Assembly: GCA_030390025.1 (NCBI GenBank)
Contig: JASTWF010000367.1
Coordinates: 186,001 to 250,000, forward strand
From: Squalus acanthias
Lineage: Eukaryota
Length of the DNA stretch: 64,000 nucleotides
Direction: 5' to 3'
A model generated the notes under the pieces. That model was not told the origin of the DNA. It ran no database searches and saw only the letters and a list, made by a program, of their open reading frames with translations. Shown here piece after piece: positions 12,554 to 22,379 of the stretch (the first letter of the stretch is position 1; each line of letters begins with the position of its first letter). The translations under genes were made by a program, and so were the position numbers.

Positions 12554-12861
12554 ACATGTCAATTGATGACGTCACTGCTCTCGTTATTTGACCATTTTTG
12601 GCCGTTGATTTGATTTGAATTTAATTTAAGTGTTTCCATCTCGAGCTTAGAGCGCGTCATCTCCCATTGTGATGTCAGAGGCCCAGCCACAGGGTCACGA
12701 GACTCAGCCGCCCGGCCCCACAGCGCTGCTTCTGCAGGATATCCGGGGCTGAATGTTCCCCAATGGGGCACTGGGGAAATGCACAGACAGGAAGGGCCCA
12801 GGGTGGGGCTCAGTCTGGGCTGCAGTGGGACACTGACAATTGCACTCTGTATTCCTGGGTG

Positions 12862-13285
12862 TCTCTCCCAGTGAGGAGTCGGACTCTGTAACAAGTGTCC
12901 CTGTGTACAGTGTGTGTCTCCCAGTGAGGAGTCAGACTCTGTAACAAGTGTCCCTGTGTATAGTGTGTGTCTCTCCCAGTGAGGAGTCAGACTCTGTAAC
13001 AAGTGTCCCTGTGTACAGTGTGTCTCTCCCAGTGAGGAGTCAGACTCTGTAACAAGTGTCCCTGTGTACAGTGTGTGTCTCTCCCAGTGAGGAGTCAGAC
13101 TCTGTAACAAGTGTCCCTGTGTACAGTGTGTGTCTCTCCCAGTGAGGAGTCAGACTCTGTAACAAGTGTCCCTGTGTACAGTGTGTGTCTCTCCCAGTGA
13201 GGAGTCAGACTCTGTAACCAGTGTCCCTGTGTACAGTGTGTGTCTCTCCCAGTGTGGAGTCAGACTCTGTAACAAGTGTCCCTGT
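12862..13285. repeat. ~55-bp tandem repeat, ~7.5 copies
   Basis: Unit CTCTCCCAGTGAGGAGTCAGACTCTGTAACAAGTGTCCCTGTGTACAGTGTGTGT; near-identical copies. Confidence 0.95.
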
Positions 13286-13309
13286 GGAGTCGCACTGTGT
13301 AACAAGTTT

Positions 13310-13622
13310 CCCTACAACCCTCCGAGATCTCTCCACTCCTCTGACCTGTTGCACATCCTCGATTTTCTTTGCTCCACATTGGCGCCATGACTTCAGCTGC
13401 CAAGGCCCTAAACTCTGGAATTCCCTCCCTTAATCTCTTCGCAGCTCAACGTCTCTCTCCTCCTCCTTTAAACGCTTTTTAAAACCTATCAGTTTCACCG
13501 AGCTTTGGGCCACCTCTCCTCAAATCTCTTTATGTGGCTCACTGTCAAATTTTGTCTGAGAATTGCCTTGTGTTGTCTCATTACATTAAAGCCGCTATAT
13601 AAATGCAAGTTATTGTTGTTGT
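13310..13622 (+). mobile_element. L2-type LINE 3' end fragment
   Basis: CCCTACAACCCTCCGAGATCTCT...CTCTGGAATTCCCTCCC...TATAAATGCAAGTTATTGTTG. Related pieces at ~28810-28985, 47100-47510 (-), 49800-50300 (-) and 55455-55880. Confidence 0.7.
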
Positions 13623-13794
13623 CCCTGTGTTGTGTTAATAAAACTCCACCGCTTACTTCAGCTCGCGCCTGGTCTCGTCGTCATTTTCAATAACTGGATT
13701 CATTGTCTTAATATATTCAATAAAGGTTTATCTAAAGTACATCCCACCGTATCCCCCTCTGGTCGAGGCCTCAGTCGGTCCCCTCTGGAGGAGG

Positions 13795-14179
13795 TCTGAC
13801 AGTAAAAGCTGCTCTGGGATCTTTACATTCTTTTTATGCCATTCTACACAAATCAAGACACGGCAGGCTGGCAAGCAGTGAGAGACACATGAAATTAAGA
13901 CAACATGCAGAGTAGAAAATGCTGGAAATACTCAGCAGGTGAGGCAGCATCAGTGGAGATACAGAGAAACAGAAAATGTTTCAGTTCGATGACCTTTCGT
14001 CAGAACCTCGCCAGAATATGACAAAAGGTAATTGAGCTGAAATATTAACTCTGTTTCTCTCTCTCTCCACAGATGCCTTACCTGCTGAGTATTTCCAGCA
14101 TTTTCTGTTTTTATTTCAGATTTCCCACATCAACAGCATTTGTTTTTGATGCAGAATAGAAAGCCTGTTTCTAAATCTG
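13795..14179. repeat. Partial copy of the 1.83-kb macro-repeat, including the Penelope-type palindrome
   Basis: Aligns by eye to 20220-20610 (GACAGTAAAAGCTGCTCTGGGATCTTT...GAATAGAAAGCCTGTTTCT). Confidence 0.85.
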
Positions 14180-15663
14180 AATTAGTATCATTAACAGAGC
14201 AAAATTTCTTATCCCTGAAAACCAACCTTTCCCTGTATTACCTAAACTAAAAACCCAAACATACATTCCCAATTTAAATGTGGTGTTTCAGGTACATACA
14301 GGTAAGAATCAATCTTTATTTCACATCCAAGCACGGAGAGTGTCCGGCACCCCTGCACAGCCTGGAAAAACACATCATACACATCATAAAAATGATACAA
14401 AACACATACAAAATGTTTTATTAAAAGACAAAAGTCAAGGTTCGTTCCATTCCTGGTCAAAGCCTTTATTTTAATGTTCTTCCCAAGTCCCTGCGTGTCT
14501 GGAACGGAGCTCCCCGTCCCTTCCCCTGCACTTTGTACACAGCAGGTAGAGAACTATCCCGAGCTGGCAGACCACCAAAAGATAGGAAGCCATCCTGATC
14601 CAGGAAGGCACCTCTATATTCTCGAAAATATATCCATGTTCCAGAAAGGTTCTCTGCCTGGATAATTAATCAAGCCCTTAAACTTAAAGCTCTACAAATA
14701 ACTAAACTAATGATAACCCATAACTACCAAAACTGCAATTACTTAAAACTGAAAATTCTGTACATTTGCCGCCCGTCTCCGGACGGCCAGGTTAAATCCT
14801 TTTTAGTCTCTGCCTTATGTGGCCTCTGGATGGCTTGTACACCTGGGTGTAGTGCGGCCTGTACAGCCAGACCCAGAAGGCCTTCCTCAAAACCGCTGGG
14901 GGTATCTTAACATCCCAGCTGAGTCCTGTGCTGCAGCACACTAACCCCTTTGGTGTGGCTGCAGTGCCCTCGTTCATATCTGTGGGCTCCTCCCAACCTG
15001 AGGCTGCAGGCGGGGGACCCTTCTCTCTCTCTTCTCCCAGTACTACCTCTCCTGTGAATCCCTCACTGTTGGAGGCTGCAGGCTGGGAATCCCTAACTTT
15101 AGAACGCTCCCTGTTCTTGGGCGCTCTTTTTCGGGTTGCAACCCTCTTTGGGTGGGACTCTCTAAACAGATACACCTGTGGTCACAGTAGCCTTTGCCGT
15201 GGTGTGCGGGGACACCTTCTTAGGGCTCTGGCCACTGGGGGTGTGCTTGAGTCCCACATAATCGGTGGAGTGTTATCTCCTGTGAAACAGCACACTGTTC
15301 CTCCCGCTGCAGCTTGTGCGTCTGCCACAGCTGCTGCTGGCTGAGGATTTTTAACTTGGGGGCAGTCTACCTTTGCCGGCTGTTCCCTTTTAGGTTTAAA
15401 CAGTTTGCATTGGTCAATCTCTCCACTCGTGGGTTTTCTGGGGTTCTAACAGCAGCAGATTGTTCTGGTGCTGGCTCCCCAGGTTACTGGCTGCTTGCCA
15501 GTGACTCTGTTTTAAAATCCCGTCCGCTGCCCTGAACGGACGCTCTAGCGATTCCCCATTCTCTTTACCAGGACGGCCTTAAAGACGGGATTCTGGGTTT
15601 GGACCTGCTTCAAGTCCGGGGGCAAAGCTACCCCCTGTGTGCCTCCCTTGTCCCAGATTGCAG

Positions 15664-17789
15664 CTACCGGACCTGCTTTATAGTGATCCCAGAACTCTCT
15701 TTCCTTGGCCATCTGCTTGGCCAACTTGTTGGCCTTTTGGTTACCCTCCCACGTGGTATAGAGGATCCTAAATCTAGGTCCAAAGGTTTGGACATTGCCC
15801 CAGCCTGCTCGTTCCCTGTGAATCCCATTAAACTGTACGGGACCCCGTTAGACCTGGGTGAATTGGTCAGGTCTTCTGAATGGACCACCGTGCTGACAGC
15901 TCCGGTTTCCACTAAACATCTCCGCTGCACTTTCTCCACCCCCTTCTTACTACCGTATCCCGGGGAACACAGGTTGACAGGCTGCGCTGGTTCCAGTCAT
16001 AGGTCTGCGTTACGGGGGGCAGATGGGATTAATGCACCAGTGGCTGTAGCCACCTTCCCTGGGCCATCAAACAGGACTCTGATGGCCGCTACTATTGTGT
16101 CCAGTGTGGGGGAAGGGTCGGTGCCTCTACTTTTGGGGCAGGAGTTGGGGACTTCTTTGCTAGGCTATCAAACCAGGGATTCCTACAGTCCTTTCTCCAG
16201 TGCCCAGTCTTCCCGCACCCGAAGCAGCTACGCTTCGTGTCAGAAGGTTTACCACCTTCCTGGTGCCACTCCTTCTTATCCTGACTGGGCTTTATTTCAT
16301 GCACCTTCCCTTTCGGTGGGGTTTCTTCAGCTCCCCTACTGTTCAGGTAGGCTAGGGTCAGTTGCCTGACCACTGCTTCCTCGGTGACTCGGGGGTCTCT
16401 TGGGTCAAACCAAAGCTCAGCCTTGTTTTTTATTCGTGGCAATCTGTTTGCCACTAGGCTTCGGAGCTAGTGGGCCAGCTCGTCCCTGTTCAGATTAGCC
16501 CTGTCGAGAGCCCCATTATAAGCACCCCTGTACACCGGCCACAGCCTGTCTGCGAAAGCCTGTGGGGTCTCCTCTGCGAGTTGCACTGTTTTCTCCACCC
16601 ATGGCCTCTAAAACTTCCTCTCTGATGGCAGCATACCCATTCCGTCCTCTCTTGCTCTCAGCAGAGAGGGACTGGTATAGTTTGCCATCGAATGAGAACA
16701 GGAGCATTTTAGCCATCTCGGCATCATCACAGTCGTTGATACCTGCTGCCTGTTCCACCTCCATGAAGTGGACTGAGGGGTCTTCCTTTTGGGTAAGTTT
16801 ACTCAGGTGGCTTACCATAGCCCTAAGCTGTTGTGTACCGTGGGGAGCCACGAATTGATATTCAAGGGGTCCCTGACCTCCACCACCGACGGGCGGGCCA
16901 AACTTTTGCTGTCGTGCTGGGCACATTGGCCCTGGCTCCGACTTCTCCTGCATCGGATTGCCCCCCTCTCCCTGCTGCCAAACCGAGTCAAAACTCGGCA
17001 CCACAGGTGCTGATGTGCACTCCCTGTCAGCTTCACAGATTGTCTGCCCCTCCTGCTGCCCAACCAAGCTTCTCCTTGGCGCCACAGGTGGTGTTCGAAC
17101 AGTCTCCCCTTGCTCTTCCGTGTCTACCTGGCCGCACGCGGGCTTATCAGGCACAGCATGCCTTTTGTCTTGGACAGAGCAAGGTTCAGACTCTCAATCT
17201 GCTTCTGACAGGGGCCGTGGTCCCCTACCTTAAACTCCCTTGTACTGGCTTATCTAAAAGCTGCCTGAACATCTTTTAACTTCTCTGTGATTTCCCTTAA
17301 TTGCTTGGAAAGGCGGGTGTTCTCTTCCCGCAATGCCAGTTTACTACTTTTGGCCTCGGTGGCCTGACACTGGAGGTATCCCTTACTGGCACGGTGTTCC
17401 TCCAGCATCTGTGACTGTTCGTGATCTTTTGAGTCTAGCTCTGCTAACAACCTCTCTCCTGCTATAGCTCTGGAACTGGACAGTTGGCTTTCTTCCTTTA
17501 GCTCTTCTTTGAGAGCCTGAATACGCTTCCCCATAAGCTGCATTTGTTTCTGGGAGCAGACCAACCATATGGCTTTCTCCACAGACTTATTGTATTCCTT
17601 GCTCTCAGTCCATGCAGCTGCAGCGTCCATAGGACGTTCAGCATGCAACAGCCTGAGGACCCATTTCTTGGTGATATTGACCTTTTTATATACATAGGAT
17701 GACATCATCACTTCCATTCTTGTTCTCTCCTCAAAACCAGCATTTACTGCTTCACAACCCTTTCGCCAGAGTCCTGCTGCAGTCGCCAT
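15664..17789 (-). pseudogene. Gag (coiled coil, capsid-like, CCHC zinc knuckle) and aspartic protease, frameshifted
   Basis: CX2CX4HX4C motif at ~16190-16230. Protease active site reads E-T-G instead of D-T-G. Confidence 0.8.
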
Positions 17790-17791
17790 TA

Positions 17792-18983
17792 TGTAGGGGG
17801 TGGTAATGGGGTCAGCCCCGTCGCCTTCTGACTCAGTGAGCGGTTCGAATCGCTCCCACGCCCCTGATTCCTAGACTTTGGACTTATTTAGGGGTTGTGA
17901 ACAAAAATGCAGTAGACAACAGGTCCTGATGAAAGAATTTTGACTTTATTAAAAGAAAAAGGTAACAAACTTAAAACACACTTAATACTTAAACACAGGT
18001 TGGGGAACACACGGTACAGGCGAGGGAGAATAACAATATACCAAACAAAAACCTTATCCCTCCCAAAGATCACACTATCTAGCTAGATTTTTGGTTTCAG
18101 GATATCAGGGTTCATGCTCACCAACGAATCCTTGACAGGATTTTGGATTCTTTTGATTAAAAGATTTTGTAAGGCCCTTGTTGCTGCGAAGTGTCCGATG
18201 GTCACTGAGGCAGTCGCTCTGGTTTCTTCTTGTGTGATGGTCTGTTGGTGGAGTTGTTGGCATTCCTTCCTCCTCCTCGTGGCTTGTGGTGTCTTTTGCT
18301 GGAGCAGGGCTGAGAGAGAGAGAGAGAGCTGTTCCAGTGTTGTCAGCGAGTCCAAAAGAAGAGCGAGCCCTGGGACTGGCTCCAATTATATTGTCCTTTT
18401 CGCGCCCAAAACCCCTTACTAAAACGGTTTCCTTTAGGTTTCAAATGAGCCCTGTTTAGTCCATTGTCTAGTTTTGGCGGGCTTGCCAGTTCCGATGGCT
18501 TAAATTGGTGTTAAACATGTCCTGATCATTTCCCTATTGAGGCAAGGCCCTTATCTACGTGCCAAATCTCATCCCTATTGTCCTAGGTCTATTGGCGGGT
18601 TTTAAATCTGTCCTGTCTATACCTGGTTGATTGGTTCTTGATGAAGTGAATCGGGTTGCTTAATGTTTTATTGATTTCAAAAGAGGTCTTGGATTATTCA
18701 TATTTCGATGTGTGTGTGAGGCCTTTGGGTTTTGTCTCTTCCCCCTTGATAGGATGGCAGTGTAAACACATTCCCAGACAGCTTAATACACTGCCTGGCC
18801 ACGCCCCTCTGCAGCCTGTCGGTGTCTGTGACAAGGTGTCTTTCCCAACAGTAAGATTCGAAAAGTCATTTTCCTCAGGGTTTTCTTCCCTGACCTTTAA
18901 AAATGTCCAAAACTGAGGGTTTTCCTCAAATCACTTCACTTAGGGTTCTGTTCGAGTTTCTGGGGGATTTTGCGAAGCCTACA
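17792..18983 (-). repeat. LTR (1192 bp)
   Basis: Inverted termini TGTAGG...CCTACA. Minus-strand TATAA (~18385) and AATAAA (~17945). A second copy of the same end starts at 63782. Confidence 0.9.
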
Positions 18984-20339
18984 GGCTTGTCTGTGTTCAA
19001 GTTATCTGCCGAGTGCATTGGTACTGCATCTCATATCTTAGAAAACAAAGTAGATACCATTAGATCATACTGATTTAATTCCAGACTGCACTGTTGTGGG
19101 ATCTTACCTTCACTTTCCTTCAAGAATTTTGTAAAAAGCAAATCTACATATACATCAAGCCATTTGATAGTTTTCTGGACTGGACTTTATAGGGGAATGT
19201 TTGTGAAGTGTTTCATGGCACATCCTGCTGTGGGATCGTACTCTCCCCTTCAGCCCAACCCAAACAAGACAAGACATTTGTAAAAAAAATGCATTTATTA
19301 TAATTTTAAAATGATTTTCAGATTAATCCATTAGATTTTTTTCTGCACTGGGCTTTAATGGGGAATGTGCTTGGGATGTTTTGAGAGCAAAAGCTGCTGT
19401 GCGATCTTTCCATTCACTTTATTACACTCCAGGCAAACCACAGACAGACAGACATTTAGTTAACAGAAGTAAAGTATATATATTAACATTTATTCCTGAT
19501 TGTATTTACTTCTTTTCACTCTCCCGGGCTTTCATTTCCTCTCGGGAGGCCGGATTTCTGGGGACTCGGCTTAATTTCTTCCTGTTTGATTGTCCTCGTC
19601 AAACATGGACGCACAGCCAGGAAGGGACATCATCAAAAATTGACACACCCAGGCTGCACATCTTTCAAAATAAATGTGTGCGTGAGTTTCTGCAAATTGC
19701 AGAGTCTTTGTGAGTGTATCTGTATGTGCATAGGTGTGTGTGTTTCTGCAAATTGCAGAGTCTGTGTGAGTGTGTGTATCATGTTACTGTAAATTTTAGT
19801 TCAATATGGTTGGGTGTGAGACTGAGTGAGAGACAGACAGTCAGTGAGAGAGCGAGAGACATGAAATCAAAAGGCAAGCTGCAGAATAGAAAGCCTGTTT
19901 CTGTAGGCCACAAAGTGGAAAGATAAGGTACTGAAAAGTGTCTTTTCGGTTTTAATCTTCCAACACAGCATTCATCCCTCTGCAGGCTGGCCAGGGTGTG
20001 TATGTGCGTGAGAGAGAGAGAGAGGTCAAAAGTAGGTGTTTCTTTGAGATGTGGTCTGGTGTCTTTTTATCCGCTGTTGTTGTATTAAACCCTATTGATT
20101 TCATTCTGGCCTGGTCAACATGTCAAGCTGCTGGGTATTACTTCATTGCACTTTATTACAATTCACTTCAAGACAGACAGTCAGTCAGTGAGATACTGAA
20201 AAATGTCCTTGTGGACTGTTTGACAGTAAAAGCTGCTCTGGGATCTTTGCATTCTTTTTATTCCACTCCACTCAAATCAAGACAAGGCAGGCAGGCAGTG
20301 AGAGAGACACATGAAATCAAGAAAACATGCAGAATAGAA

Positions 20340-20590
20340 ATCAAAACAGAAAATGCTGGAAATACTCAGTAGGTTAGGCAGCATCTGTGGCGAGAGAGAG
20401 TAACAGAGTTAACGTTTCAGGTCAATTACCTTTCATCAGAACCTTGCCAGAAGCTGACGAAAGTTCATCGAGCTGAAATCTTAACTCTGTTTCTCTCTCT
20501 CCCCACAGTTGCTGCCTGACGTGCTGTGTATTTCCAGCATTTTCTGATTTTATTTCAGTTTTCCCACATCCACAGAATTTGCTTTTGATA
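20340..20590. mobile_element. Penelope-like-element-derived palindrome (inverted pseudo-LTR pair)
   Basis: AAAACAGAAAATGCTGGAAATACTCAG...CTGTGTATTTCCAGCATTTTCTGATTTT forms a long fold-back. Further copies at ~13910-14150 and ~22240-22378 (truncated). Confidence 0.75.
20408..20442 (-). ncRNA. Minimal type I hammerhead ribozyme motif
   Basis: Minus strand GTT-CTGATGA-A-AGGT(AATTG)ACCT-GAAA-CG-T-T-AAC: core boxes, stem II, palindromic AACGTT stem III and stem I GTT/AAC. Confidence 0.7.
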
Positions 20591-20748
20591 CAGAATAGAA
20601 TGCCTGTTTCTGTAGGCCGCAAAATGACAAGATAAGATACTGAGAAGTGTCTGTTTGCTTTTAAACTGCCGGACACAGCAGAGGAATGATAGAAATCAAC
20701 TTTCTTTCACTGCTGACAGTGTTTTGTGGCAATTTTACAGGAAGGCCT

Positions 20749-20784
<36 letters not shown>

Positions 20785-22379
20785 CAGACAGACATCAAAA
20801 GCTGGTGTGTATGCAGGGCTTGTCTGTGTTCAAGTTACCTGCCGTGTGCATTGGTGCTGCATCTCATGTCTGGAAAAAACAGAAAGTATACACCATTAGA
20901 TCATACTGATTTCAGTCCACTGCACTGTTGTGGGATCTTACTATGCCTTTCAAGAATTTTGTAAAAAGCAAGGCTACATATATACATCAAGCCATTTGAT
21001 ATTTTTCTGGACTGGACTTTATAGGGGAATGTTTGTGGAGTGTTTTGTGGCATTTCCTGTTGTGGGATCTTACTCTCCCCTTCAGCCCAACCCAAACAAG
21101 ACAAGGCTTTTGTAAAAGCAATGTATATATAGTATATATTTTTAAAATTATTTTCAGCATAATCCATTTGATGTTTGTCGGGACTGGGCTTTATTGGGGA
21201 ATGTGCCTGGTGTGTTTACAGATCAAAAGCTGCTGTGGGATTTTTCAATTCATTTTATTCCACTCCAGGCAATCCACAGACTGACAGACATTTAGTTAAC
21301 AAAAGTAAATTATATGTATTATTTATTGTTGATTGTATTTACTTCTTTTCACTCTCCCGGGCTTTCATTTCCTCGTGTGGATGCTGATTTCTGTGGCCTC
21401 TGCTTCACTTCATCCTGTTGGATTGTCCTCATCAAACATGGCCGCACAGCCAGGAAGGGATGTCATCAAATATTGACACTCCCACGCTGCACCCCTTTCA
21501 AAATGGATGTGTGTCTGTAAGTTTCTGCAAATTGCAGAGTCTGTGTGAGTGTGTCTGTATGTGCGTGGGTGTCTGTGTTTCATCAAATTGCAGAGTTTGT
21601 GTGAATGTCTCTGTATGTGCGTGGGTGTCTGTGTGTCTTCAAATTGCGGAGTCTGTGTGAGATTGTCTGTCATGTCACTGTAAATTTTACTTCAATGTGG
21701 GTGCGAGGGAGACTGCGTGTGTGAGAGAGTGACAGACAGTGAGAGAGAGAGCGAGATATGAAATCAAAATGCAAGTTGCAGAATAGAAAGCCTGTTTCTG
21801 TAGGCCACAAAGTGAAAATATAATATACTGAAAAGTGTATTTTTGGTTTTAGTCTTCTAACAAGGCAGTCAGCCCTCTGCAGGCTGGCCAGGGTGTGTGT
21901 GTGTGTGAGAGAGAGAGAGGGCAAAAGCTGGTGTTTGTGTGAGATGTGGTCTGGTGTCTTATTACCTGCTGTTGTTGTATTAAACCCTACTGATTTCATT
22001 CTGGCCTGGTCCACATGTAATTCTGCTGTGTATCACTTTATTGCATTTTATTTCACTTCACTTCACTTCAAGACAGACAGGCAGTCAGTGAGATACTGAA
22101 AAATTTCTTTGTCGACTGACTGACAGTAAAAGCTGCTGTGGGATCTTTGCTTCTTTTTTATTCCACTCCACTCAAATCCAGAAAAGGCAGACAAGCAGGG
22201 GGATAGATATATGAAATCAAGACAACGTGAGAATGGAAATAAAAGCAGAAAGTGCTGGAAATACTCAGCAGGCCAGGCAGCATCTGTGGAGAGAGAGAAA
22301 CAGAGCAGGTCGATGACCTTCGTCAGAACCTTACCAGAATCTGACGAAAGGTCATCGAGCTGAAACATTAATTCTGTTT

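Larger units (their letters stand above)
14180..18983 (-). mobile_element. Ty3/Gypsy-like LTR retroelement: 5' LTR, PBS, degenerate gag-protease; no RT/RNaseH/integrase or 3' LTR seen
   Basis: LTR 17792-18983. PBS-like TGGCGACTGCAGCAGGA just inside the LTR. Gag ORF pieces 17250-17789, 16516-17154 and 16092-16454 with CCHC knuckle CFGCGKTGHWRKDC. Protease CLVETGAVSTV..YSLMGFTG (15664-15939). Confidence 0.85.

Noticed and set aside
12862..13285. CRISPR-like appearance of the regular repeats (also 48047-48742 and 29310-30002)
   Set aside because: The units are contiguous with no unique spacers, there are no cas genes, and the DNA is vertebrate.
12559..13433. ORFs of 70-183 aa over the 55-bp array
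   Set aside because: Products are translations of the tandem repeat in shifting frames, with no domain or splice support.
15599..16369. 256-aa plus-strand ORF
   Set aside because: Antisense to the gag-protease region, starts at TTG and has no recognisable motifs; treated as a shadow ORF.
17825..17860. GAGCGGTTCGAATCGCTC B-box/T-arm-like hairpin (also at ~63827)
   Set aside because: Lies inside the LTR, with no A box or cloverleaf, so not called as a tRNA.
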